A stretch of DNA of 23,326 nucleotides. It comes from Marine Group I thaumarchaeote (GTDB lineage Archaea > Thermoproteota > Nitrososphaeria > Nitrososphaerales > Nitrosopumilaceae). The DNA is taken from NCBI GenBank assembly GCA_044358425.1, contig CP054849.1:624147-647472 (forward strand), in the 5' to 3' direction. The notes below the pieces were generated by a model. That model was not told the DNA's origin. It made no database searches and saw only the letters and a program-made list of their open reading frames with translations. The translations under genes were made by a program, and so were the position numbers. The first letter of the stretch is position 1, and the number at the start of each line of letters is the position of its first letter. Shown one piece after another: positions 1 to 8,111 of the stretch.

Positions 1-136
1 GCAGTTATTTTTATTGAAATCAAATTAACAAAAAACAATTTTAGAAGTATAAAAAATAATCGTATAATTCATTCTAGTTTGAGAAAATAAATGTCTGATT
101 TGTTATGGATTAATTTTTAGCACTAGAAAATATTTT

Positions 137-292
137 TTATTCTACTAGTTTATTTTTCAATAGGGCTTGCTCTGGAGTTTTTTCTTTGTTTGATTCCCAA
201 TGCCAATTATGATGTTTTTTCCAATGTTTATCTAATTCTTCAGTAGTAGGTTCTTTCCCTAATGGACTTCCACATAATTTACATTGTTTCAT
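137..292 (-). CDS. Small C2H2-like zinc-binding protein (51 aa)
   Basis: Hand-translated: MKQCKLCGSPLGKEPTTEELDKHWKKHHNWHWESNKEKTPEQALLKNKLVE. Pattern C-x2-C-x15-H-x3-H. The ATG overlaps the stop of the upstream ORF (ATGA). Confidence 0.7.
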   Translation of the reverse strand: MKQCKLCGSPLGKEPTTEELDKHWKKHHNWHWESNKEKTPEQALLKNKLVE

Positions 293-384
293 TTTTTATT
301 ATCAGTGGATTTTTTCTTTTTAGGTTTAATTATTGGATGACATTGTGCTGGTAAGTTTTCATCATTCATCATTATCGATCTCAT
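289..384 (-). CDS. Putative Lys-rich micro-peptide (31 aa)
   Basis: Hand-translated: MRSIMMNDENLPAQCHPIIKPKKKKSTDNKK. Fills the gap between 397..990 and 137..292 and has an ATGA overlap with the latter. Confidence 0.4.
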   Translation of the reverse strand: MRSIMMNDENLPAQCHPIIKPKKKKSTDNKK

Positions 385-396
385 TTGTAGTTTTTA

Positions 397-990
397 TTAT
401 TCTTCTGCATTAATGGTATCTGGATCATTATTTCCTGGCAAGTACTTGTCTCCAAGAAAACCATTCATTTTTTCATCAAATTCCTCTTGCAATCGTGTTA
501 GATACATTTCTGCTTCAGTTTCATCATCTGGAATTCCTGTATCTGTTTCATAATTGAAACCTGTAGCCAAATGATAAAACTCCTCAAAAAATTCTTTACA
601 ATCAATTACATCTGCCTCTCTATCAATGGATATTACTAAGAAGTCCCTATCAAGTCTAAAATTTAGACAAACTTCTTCTTCAATCATAGTATCAACAATT
701 ACTGCCATAAGGTATGCAACATTATTTTTATTCAAAGATTTTTCACTTTTATTAGAAATCCATAATTCTTCATCATCTAACAAATTATCGAATGTTCTGA
801 CAATTACATCTCTAACTTCTGAATCCAAGTGAGCTGATTTTGATTTCCATAATTTTTCATCATATTTTCCAGGTTCAACATAGATTAAATCAAAAGTTAA
901 TTCTGGATTGATTTGTTCAAATTCCCATACTTGCTTATTTGTCCACATTGGTGAAAATTCATTAATAATTTTTTTAGTCAATTGATTCAT
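397..990 (-). CDS. Acidic hypothetical protein (197 aa)
   Basis: Long ATG ORF, very D/E-rich; no family recognised. Confidence 0.75.
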   Translation of the reverse strand: MNQLTKKIINEFSPMWTNKQVWEFEQINPELTFDLIYVEPGKYDEKLWKSKSAHLDSEVRDVIVRTFDNLLDDEELWISNKSEKSLNKNNVAYLMAVIVDTMIEEEVCLNFRLDRDFLVISIDREADVIDCKEFFEEFYHLATGFNYETDTGIPDDETEAEMYLTRLQEEFDEKMNGFLGDKYLPGNNDPDTINAEE

Positions 991-1027
991 AATTGGTTGA
1001 TATTCTTTCTCTTCTTTAATCTTATCT

Positions 1028-1234
1028 TTAATTACTATTGTTAGATTTTAAAAATTCTAATGTGCATTCAGCTAATTGTTTATCTGAATGTTTTTCAATT
1101 TGATGTTTACAATTTGGGCATGTACCTTTTTGATTATCTGCTAATCCATCACTTACTTGTTTCATACAACATTCCATTAATTCTGATGTAGAATGTGATT
1201 CCATAGATAATTTACATGTTGGACATAATGTCAT
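1028..1234 (-). CDS. Small protein with two CCHC-type zinc-binding repeats (68 aa)
   Basis: Likely start is ATG 1234 (MTLCPTCK...), not 1309. Contains two copies of C-x2-C-x6-H-x7-C. Confidence 0.75.
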   Translation of the reverse strand: MTLCPTCKLSMESHSTSELMECCMKQVSDGLADNQKGTCPNCKHQIEKHSDKQLAECTLEFLKSNNSN

Positions 1235-1330
1235 TTTCAATTTCTGATATTTTTTAACTAATAAATAAAATTTATCAAAAATATCTAAATGACAACTAGA
1301 AAAATTCATTTTTAAAAAAACAGATAATTA

Positions 1331-1408
1331 TTAAGAAAATAATAAGAATAAACCAACAGCTGAAGCAGCTAATGATATTCCCATCCACGCATAAAATTTT
1401 TTATTCAT
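1331..1408 (-). CDS. Putative single-helix membrane micro-peptide (25 aa)
   Basis: Hand-translated: MNKKFYAWMGISLAASAVGLFLLFS. Basic N-terminus followed by an uninterrupted hydrophobic stretch. Confidence 0.45.
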   Translation of the reverse strand: MNKKFYAWMGISLAASAVGLFLLFS

Positions 1409-1685
1409 ATATTGTAATAATATGTCTAAAATTAATAGTTTAGAATCATGAAAACAGGCAAGTTAACTCACTATCATCGACTCTTTGGGAGTTACATTAT
1501 GATTTAACCAGCACAAATCCTGTCCTCGTGAATCTATTGACTTAGATTCCAACAAATTCATAAAATAAAATGTGTCGTGTTATTTGCTCAAAATGGGTTG
1601 AAAAAATTATCCTTTTTTAATTCAGGCATAATTTCTTAATTTTTTCAAATCAAATAATTTATTGTATATATGATTAGTTAGCAAT

Positions 1686-2222
1686 ATGATAGAAAAAGAG
1701 GTAATTCATTGGTCTAATGATATTCAACTAAATGTGTCTAATTTTATGGCTGAACCTAATCCGGGTATTTTTGAAGATTCTCACAGTGTAATAAAATATG
1801 GATTTACTTGGGTTGTAAACTCTGAACAATTGAACGATCAGGTTGTTTTTTCTGTTGAGAATATACAACTTAGTGTAGAATTTAATCCTCTTTTATCTTG
1901 GATTAGAATGTCTGAATTCAATGATGGATTATTAAAACACGAACAAGGTCACTTTGATCTTGCTGAAATTATTAAAAGAAAACATCAAAAAATATTTGAA
2001 AATGAATTTTATGATAAAAAATTTCCTACAAGAGGCCAAAATGATGCTCAAAGAAAACAATATGCAAAAGAAGATTCTGGTAAAATGATTTCATTAAAAG
2101 TTGAAAAATTGAATTTGTATTTGAAAGAAAAACGAGATGAATATGATCAAGAGACTGATTTCGGAAAAAATATTCCTGAACAAAAAAAATATGATGAAAT
2201 TTTTAATAAATTAAGAAAATAA
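1686..2222 (+). CDS. DUF922-like putative Zn metalloprotease
   Basis: HExxH motif in LLKHEQGHFDLAE, a context resembling DUF922 proteins. TATA-like TGTATATA at about 1663-1670. Confidence 0.7.
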   Translation: MIEKEVIHWSNDIQLNVSNFMAEPNPGIFEDSHSVIKYGFTWVVNSEQLNDQVVFSVENIQLSVEFNPLLSWIRMSEFNDGLLKHEQGHFDLAEIIKRKHQKIFENEFYDKKFPTRGQNDAQRKQYAKEDSGKMISLKVEKLNLYLKEKRDEYDQETDFGKNIPEQKKYDEIFNKLRK

Positions 2223-2226
2223 TTAA

Positions 2227-2490
2227 TTATTGGTTCCTTATCATTTTACTTTCAGGAATTGAATTTATGTAATTTACTAAACTACGATAATATTTTAAAT
2301 GAAAATTTATGTCTTTAATTTCGGTTTGCTTCAATTCTTCTAACTCTGGTCCAAAATCTCTTTTGTCTGTTTCAATATGATGTAATGTTTTCTCATTTAC
2401 TTCGATCATGTGAAAAAGACTGTGAAGTACTTCACCTTTTTGCAATGTTTTATCACATGATTTTTGTAATAGTAATTCTACCCAATCCAT
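2227..2490 (-). CDS. Hypothetical protein (87 aa, probably helical)
   Basis: ATG ORF convergent with the DUF922-like gene (4-nt gap). Confidence 0.7.
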   Translation of the reverse strand: MDWVELLLQKSCDKTLQKGEVLHSLFHMIEVNEKTLHHIETDKRDFGPELEELKQTEIKDINFHLKYYRSLVNYINSIPESKMIRNQ

Positions 2491-2587
2491 AATTTTTATT
2501 TTTAAATTCTTATATCTTCATCTAAATTTGATTTATTCTGACTATTACTCTATTTTTTTTTAGTAATTTATTGAGCCTAATTTCCAC

Positions 2588-2707
2588 TTATTTTTTTTGT
2601 CTATCTTTGATTTCCTTGTTTCTTTCACTATCTGAATGAACTTCTGAATGCTCATACAAGTCTTCTTTTGAATCAAATAATTGATCACAATAATAACATT
2701 GATGCAT
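2588..2707 (-). CDS. Stand-alone classical C2H2 zinc-finger micro-protein (39 aa)
   Basis: Hand-translated: MHQCYYCDQLFDSKEDLYEHSEVHSDSERNKEIKDRQKK. Exact C-x2-C-x3-F-x5-L-x2-H-x3-H match. Confidence 0.8.
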   Translation of the reverse strand: MHQCYYCDQLFDSKEDLYEHSEVHSDSERNKEIKDRQKK

Positions 2708-2836
2708 GGTATAATTATGAGATTATCATTATTATGACTTTCATCGTTTTTTTATAAATGGGTTATTCTTTTGATATTCTATTAATTTGGAATATCAATT
2801 TTGTTGATTCTTCTTATTTTTAATAATAATTTGTTA

Positions 2837-3151
2837 TTATGTTTCTACTTCTATCTCTGAATTGCATGAAGGATAATTACCAGTTTCATTTTTTATTTTA
2901 TTAATTAATTCTAATTGTTCTTGTTTTTGATTATCTGTGAAAATTCTTTGGTAAAATGCTGTCTTTTTCAAACATTCATTATCATCAAAATCAGTATCTA
3001 AAAATTCAGTAAATGTTTTTTCAAGATTTTCTGTTTCACCAACAAATATTGGTACTTTGCTTCTATCGTATAATACGTAAATTCCTGAAATTGATTTAAC
3101 AAATTTTGCACTTTCTAACCATACTCTCATTTTATCATCAAGTAATTCCAT
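2837..3151 (-). CDS. GIY-YIG-superfamily-like small protein, possibly inactive
   Basis: SGIYVLY...PIFVGETENL, plus a C-terminal E...PSCN. The usual catalytic Arg after the NL motif is absent. Confidence 0.6.
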   Translation of the reverse strand: MELLDDKMRVWLESAKFVKSISGIYVLYDRSKVPIFVGETENLEKTFTEFLDTDFDDNECLKKTAFYQRIFTDNQKQEQLELINKIKNETGNYPSCNSEIEVET

Positions 3152-3250
3152 ACTATCTAAGTTTTGAATTGATATTAAAACGATGATGAAAAATTTTGTA
3201 TATTACAAGAACCTTCATGCTTTTAATACCTAAAACCGAGATGATTAATC

Positions 3251-4930
3251 CTGTCTCTTATAGAAAAATTTCCCGATCAATTTACTCCTAGGAAAATTCA
3301 AAAAACTATCCTTGACGAAATTGAGTCCAATTTAAAATCTGGATTTAAAAAAATTGTTATTTGTGCACCTACTGGTGTTGGTAAATCTTTAGTTGGTGCA
3401 ACAGTTTCAAATTATTTTGATAGTTCATTTACTGTCACTGCATCAAAACATTTGCAAGATCAATATATCAAAGACATTCCTTTTTTAAAACCTGTTAAAG
3501 GTAAACAAAATTTTCCTTGTCTCAAATTGATGGCTGCAGAGAAAGTTGACAATAATAGACGTGCTATGCAATGGGGATTAACTTGTGATAAAGGTCAATG
3601 TCAAGAACGAGTAAATAAAAATGGTAAAGAAATTGTTCAGATTTGTGATTTTAAACCCACTATAAAGCAAGTTGAAGAAAATACTCAGGATTCTTTATCT
3701 TGTCATTACTATATGCAAAAATATGATGCATTAGTTTCAAAACATTCCTTATGGAATTACCATGCATTTTTTACAATAATGAAATTTAATAAAAAATTAT
3801 TTGAAGACTATTTGGATAGAAAAGTTACGGTATTTGATGAGGCTCATAAAATTGAGGATCAGATAATTCAGTTTGTTGGATTTGACATTTTTGCTGGACA
3901 AGTGGATGAATGTAATTTGAATACTGAAAAATACAACTTTACTGATTTGGATTCAATGATACAACTAACTGATGATATTGCATATTCATATGCCAAAAAA
4001 ATTAAAGATATCAAAGAAAGTCCTGTATTTCAAAATAATCCTGATTTTGAATTAATTACGGGATTGGAAAGACGTTATGACAGAGCTGCACAGGCTAAAA
4101 TTGACATACTTTCTGATAAAGATAATTTCATAGTTAATGAGCCTGTTAAGGACATAAATGGAAATTTTAGAACCATTTCTGTAAAGCCAATTGATGTATC
4201 AAAATTTGCAAATCAATTTTTTGATACTGAATTTCAAATATTCATGTCTGCAACAATTGACAAACTTGGTTTTTGTGAAAATATGGGATTAGAAAAAGAT
4301 GACGTTGCATTTGTCGATACTCCAAAATCTCCATTCCCTATAGAAAATAGACAAATTGATCTTTTGAATATTCGAAGATTAAGTTATGGATCAACTGAAG
4401 ATGATGAATTAGAAGTTATTAAAACAATTGATAGGATTTTAGATGAACACTCAAACGAACGAGGTTTGATATTGACTTCGTCTATTCCTCGTTGTCAAAA
4501 AATTATTCGATATTTATCACCAAAAAATACTCAGAGAATTCGACTATGTCATAGTAAAAATAAAGATGATAAAACTCAGGATGAAATAATTTCTGAACAT
4601 TCTTCTGATCCAACTGGCGTTTTACTTTCTTCATCATTATGGGAAGGTGTTGATCTTAAAGATGATTTATCGCGTTTTCAAATAATTGCTAAAGTACCAT
4701 ACCCAAATTATACTGAGAAACGTACAAAAGCAAAAATGAATAAATTTCCACTATGGTATACTTCTCAAACATTAACAAAACTGTTACAAGGTTTTGGTCG
4801 CTCAATTCGAAGTGATAAAGATTGGGCAAAAACATATGTTTTGGATACCGCAGTAAATAATGTCTTTTTTAAGGCTCAACAAATGATACCTAAGGCATAT
4901 TATGATGTTTTAGGTATGGATGAAATTTAA
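3251..4930 (+). CDS. DinG/Rad3(XPD)-family SF2 helicase with probable Fe-S cluster
   Basis: The frame is open from 3245 and encodes the Q-motif region FTPRKIQ and Walker A APTGVGKS upstream of the ORF-track start at 3452. Also DEAH (II), SAT (III), WEGVD (V), QGFGRSIR (VI) and clustered Cys. Start inferred at CTG 3251. Confidence 0.9.
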   Translation: MSLIEKFPDQFTPRKIQKTILDEIESNLKSGFKKIVICAPTGVGKSLVGATVSNYFDSSFTVTASKHLQDQYIKDIPFLKPVKGKQNFPCLKLMAAEKVDNNRRAMQWGLTCDKGQCQERVNKNGKEIVQICDFKPTIKQVEENTQDSLSCHYYMQKYDALVSKHSLWNYHAFFTIMKFNKKLFEDYLDRKVTVFDEAHKIEDQIIQFVGFDIFAGQVDECNLNTEKYNFTDLDSMIQLTDDIAYSYAKKIKDIKESPVFQNNPDFELITGLERRYDRAAQAKIDILSDKDNFIVNEPVKDINGNFRTISVKPIDVSKFANQFFDTEFQIFMSATIDKLGFCENMGLEKDDVAFVDTPKSPFPIENRQIDLLNIRRLSYGSTEDDELEVIKTIDRILDEHSNERGLILTSSIPRCQKIIRYLSPKNTQRIRLCHSKNKDDKTQDEIISEHSSDPTGVLLSSSLWEGVDLKDDLSRFQIIAKVPYPNYTEKRTKAKMNKFPLWYTSQTLTKLLQGFGRSIRSDKDWAKTYVLDTAVNNVFFKAQQMIPKAYYDVLGMDEI

Positions 4931-4940
4931 TTTATAAAAA

Positions 4941-5372
4941 TTATTTTATTAATTTTGTAGAATGCCTGTATAAATCATGAAGATTTTTACCGTCTAGAGT
5001 CTGTTCATTATCGTTTAATTCTGTATCGTGTAAAATTTCATCAAAATTATATTCAGTTTCATCTTCCACTGAATCTTTTTTGACATTGTTATTTCTTGTG
5101 GGTTTGTTTATTTTTTTTAATTGTTCTAAAACATCATTGTTACAATCGTACCATAGTTTAATTGATTTATCTGAATCATTAATGAATTCTGGTGAGTTTT
5201 TAATCATATTATTACTTAATGTTAAAATTTGTTTGGCTAAGAATAATGGTCTAGTCTCAATATCATTGAATTGATCAAAACAATTTTCACAAACATTTAT
5301 TGTATAATCTAAATTTATTTCTCTAAGGATTTTATTTTCATGTTCACAATTATAAATTTCTGAGTTATTCAA
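4941..5372 (-). CDS. Hypothetical protein with N-terminal CxH...CxxC possible Zn site
   Basis: 143-aa ORF (TTG start) with YNCEH...VCENCF and an acidic C-terminus. Confidence 0.55.
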   Translation of the reverse strand: MNNSEIYNCEHENKILREINLDYTINVCENCFDQFNDIETRPLFLAKQILTLSNNMIKNSPEFINDSDKSIKLWYDCNNDVLEQLKKINKPTRNNNVKKDSVEDETEYNFDEILHDTELNDNEQTLDGKNLHDLYRHSTKLIK

Positions 5373-5421
5373 TATGATTTATGACTTCTTTTGTATTTTA
5401 TTTCTTGTTTATTGAAAAAAA

Positions 5422-5562
5422 TTATTTATGTTTTAATTGTTCACTGGCATAATATTCCAAACAATTTGGAATCCACGCATGGATGAACAGTGCCAAACTC
5501 ATTTTCATTGCTCTTTTCCAATGATGAGTATATGATACATTATTGTTTTCAAGATGTCTCAT
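5422..5562 (-). CDS. Small His-rich protein resembling DUF6356 family (46 aa)
   Basis: Hand-translated: MRHLENNNVSYTHHWKRAMKMSLALFIHAWIPNCLEYYASEQLKHK. The HL-x6-Y-x2-H-x3-A...HA-x2-P-x6-AS pattern was recalled from DUF6356-type proteins, not searched. Confidence 0.7.
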   Translation of the reverse strand: MRHLENNNVSYTHHWKRAMKMSLALFIHAWIPNCLEYYASEQLKHK

Positions 5563-5712
5563 GAATTGCAGATAAATATCAGGTATTTATAGTTTAATAA
5601 TGGTTAATTTTGCTAATACAAATTTAAGTAATACTGAAATTACTATTTTTTAAAAAAATAATAAAAATACTAAAAAATTATTTTAAAAAATTGAATCTAA
5701 TCAAAAAATATC

Positions 5713-7386
5713 TTAAGGATTTGCATATGTTACTGCACCATTGGCAGCTGAACCTACAAGTGTCGCAAATTTTGCCAGTGCTCCTGTAGTGTAATTTGCA
5801 TTAGGTTTTTTCCAATCCTTTTTTCTATTCTCTAATTCTTCATTAGATACGTGAAGATCAATTATGTTAGTTTCTGTATCAATTGTGATTTTATCTCCAT
5901 TTTTGACTAATGCAATTGGTCCGCCTACATATGCTTCAGGTGCGACATGTCCAACCATAAATCCTCTAGTGCCTCCAGAGAATCTACCATCAGTTACCAT
6001 TGCCACTTTCTTTCCTAACCCTTGACCTACTAATGCAGCTGTAGTTGCTAACATTTCTCTCATACCTGGACCTCCCTTTGGTCCTTCATATCTGATCACA
6101 ACTACATCTCCTTCATCTATTTCTCCTTTAGATACTGAATCAAATGCTAATTCTTCTCTATCGTATACTTTGGCATTTCCTGTAAATTTTGTCATTTCAA
6201 CTCCTGCTGTTTTTATTACTGCACCTTCAGGGGCAAGAGAGCCTTTAAGAATAACTGCAGTTCCAACTTCGTGTAGAGGATTTTCAATTGTTCTTACAAT
6301 ATTTTGTTCTGCACTAGGAAATTTGAAAGAGTTGAGATTTTCTTTAATTGTTTTTCCTGTAACTGTAATACAATCTTCGTTGAGCAATCCTTTATCTAAT
6401 AATTTTTTTAATACAAATGGTATTCCTCCAATTCTATCTAATGATTCCATAACATAATTTCCTCCAGGCTTCATATCTGCTAAATGAGGTGTTTTCTTTC
6501 TTATTCTTTCAAAATCATCATATGTTAAATCAATATTCACCTCGTTTGCAAGTGCAAGCAAATGTAATATTCCATTTGTTGAACCTCCAACAGAATTTAA
6601 CATCATAATTGCATTTTCAAATGCTTCAAAAGTTAAGATCTCTTTAGGTCTGATATTCATCTCTAAAAGTTTAGCACATGCAACACCTGTTTCATATACA
6701 ACATTATTTCGTCTATCATCTTCTGCTGGAGGACTGGCACTACCTGGTAGTGCTAAACCGATGGCTTCTGAAATTGAGGCCATAGTGTTTGCAGTAAACA
6801 TACCTCCACATGATCCTGCATTTGGACATGCTACATTTTCAATATTTTTCAAATCTTCAAGAGACAATTTTCCTGCATCATAAGCGCCAACAGCCTCATA
6901 CACATCTACAACTGTGAGTTCCTTTCCATCTAACATTCCTGGCTTAATTGTTCCACCGTACACAAATACTGATGGAATATTTAATCGAGCCATTGCCATC
7001 ATTGTTCCAGGCAAACTTTTATCGCATCCTGCAATTCCAACTAATGCATCGTATTGATGTGCTCTAACCATTACTTCAATTGAATCTGCAATTATTTCTC
7101 TAGAAACTAATGATGATTTCATACCTTCATGACCCATGGCAATGCCATCACTTACTGCAATTGTTGAAAATTCTCTAGGTGTTGCACCTGTATCTGATAC
7201 TCCCCGTTTAGCTTCTAAAGCTAATTGTGGAAGATGAATATTACATGGAGTTGCTTCATTACCTGTGTGACATACGCCGATAAATTGTTTTGATAAATCA
7301 TCATCATTAAGTCCCATAGCCTTGTACATAGCTCTGTGTGGTGATCTAGCTGTTCCTTCTACAACATTTCTACTAGATATTTCCAT
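5713..7386 (-). CDS. ilvD: Dihydroxy-acid dehydratase
   Basis: [48 protein letters not shown] and TDGRFSGGT motifs. ATG 7386 preferred over TTG 7395. Confidence 0.97.
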   Translation of the reverse strand: MEISSRNVVEGTARSPHRAMYKAMGLNDDDLSKQFIGVCHTGNEATPCNIHLPQLALEAKRGVSDTGATPREFSTIAVSDGIAMGHEGMKSSLVSREIIADSIEVMVRAHQYDALVGIAGCDKSLPGTMMAMARLNIPSVFVYGGTIKPGMLDGKELTVVDVYEAVGAYDAGKLSLEDLKNIENVACPNAGSCGGMFTANTMASISEAIGLALPGSASPPAEDDRRNNVVYETGVACAKLLEMNIRPKEILTFEAFENAIMMLNSVGGSTNGILHLLALANEVNIDLTYDDFERIRKKTPHLADMKPGGNYVMESLDRIGGIPFVLKKLLDKGLLNEDCITVTGKTIKENLNSFKFPSAEQNIVRTIENPLHEVGTAVILKGSLAPEGAVIKTAGVEMTKFTGNAKVYDREELAFDSVSKGEIDEGDVVVIRYEGPKGGPGMREMLATTAALVGQGLGKKVAMVTDGRFSGGTRGFMVGHVAPEAYVGGPIALVKNGDKITIDTETNIIDLHVSNEELENRKKDWKKPNANYTTGALAKFATLVGSAANGAVTYANP

Positions 7387-7496
7387 AATAGACAATTTTC
7401 AAATTAGTATAATTTAGACTTTGTTGAATAATCTATAATTTATCTTAAGATTTAACTTATCAAAACGCTTAAGTTGAAATCATTTTTATTGAATTC

Positions 7497-7646
7497 ATGT
7501 TGTTTAAACTTCATAAACTCAAATGTGATAATGGTCACTACACAAATGCTGTGGTTGCTGAGGGTGAAACATTAGAAGAAAATTTAAAAAAATTTACTTT
7601 GAGAAGTATGTGTAAAAGCTGTTGTTTGCCATTACACAAGTGTTAG
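7497..7646 (+). CDS. Zinc-ribbon-type micro-protein (49 aa)
   Basis: Hand-translated: MLFKLHKLKCDNGHYTNAVVAEGETLEENLKKFTLRSMCKSCCLPLHKC. CxNGH and CxxC knuckles. Confidence 0.7.
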   Translation: MLFKLHKLKCDNGHYTNAVVAEGETLEENLKKFTLRSMCKSCCLPLHKC

Positions 7647-7700
7647 TTGTTTTTGTAAAAATTTTAATCATTTAAATTGTAAAAATTTAATGTTTAGAAT

Positions 7701-7922
7701 ATGTCTGATGATTCAAAAGTTGAACAAAAAGCTCTTGCATGTCCTGTTTGTCAAAGCAATAAAGCAATGATTGCAGGAGAAAATGTCAAATTAGGTGGAA
7801 AATTTGAAGATAAGGAATTTTTAACAACTGAATTAACTGTTTTAAAATGCACTAAATGTGGTTATTTCATGTTCTTTGATAAACTAGCTCAGTTTACTAC
7901 TAAAGAAGAATCAAAATCCTAA
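7701..7922 (+). CDS. Small C4 zinc-ribbon protein (73 aa)
   Basis: CPVC...CTKCGYFMFF pattern typical of nucleic-acid-binding Zn ribbons. Confidence 0.8.
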   Translation: MSDDSKVEQKALACPVCQSNKAMIAGENVKLGGKFEDKEFLTTELTVLKCTKCGYFMFFDKLAQFTTKEESKS

Positions 7923-8069
7923 CTAATTGACAGGTTGAATTCTTCGAACATTTTTTCTAAATTCTTCATTTTGAAAATGTTCATCACATACTAGCCAAAT
8001 TAATTCATTATCGTCTCTTTTTCTGAATTCTATAAAGTATTTTTCAGTTTTATCACAGCATCTTTTCAT
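7923..8069 (-). CDS. Small CC...CxxH zinc-binding protein (48 aa)
   Basis: Hand-translated: MKRCCDKTEKYFIEFRKRDDNELIWLVCDEHFQNEEFRKNVRRIQPVN. SD-like AGGAGTGA just upstream; the stop abuts the stop of 7701..7922. Confidence 0.7.
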   Translation of the reverse strand: MKRCCDKTEKYFIEFRKRDDNELIWLVCDEHFQNEEFRKNVRRIQPVN

Positions 8070-8111
8070 TGTTATCACTCCTGATTGTTCTGATCATAAT
8101 AAAAAAATTAT

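Noticed and set aside
1-90. Open + frame from the window edge ending at TAA 88-90
   Set aside because: Only 29 AT-rich codons with no motif; cannot be told apart from intergenic DNA.
626-832. ORF-track 68-aa + ORF
   Set aside because: Antisense shadow of 397..990 with Ser-rich composition.
1235-1309. N-terminal extension of the 93-aa ORF
   Set aside because: AT-rich promoter-like sequence; the repeat domain begins right after ATG 1234.
5080-5274. ORF-track 64-aa + ORF
   Set aside because: Antisense to 4941..5372; hydrophobicity is expected from the T-rich complement.
137-5562. Provirus or defence island, suggested by many tiny ORFs plus a DinG helicase and GIY-YIG
   Set aside because: No integrase, capsid, att repeats, tRNA or cas genes; orientations are mixed and composition matches the core genes.
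6170-6457. ORF-track 95-aa + ORF
   Set aside because: Antisense shadow inside ilvD.
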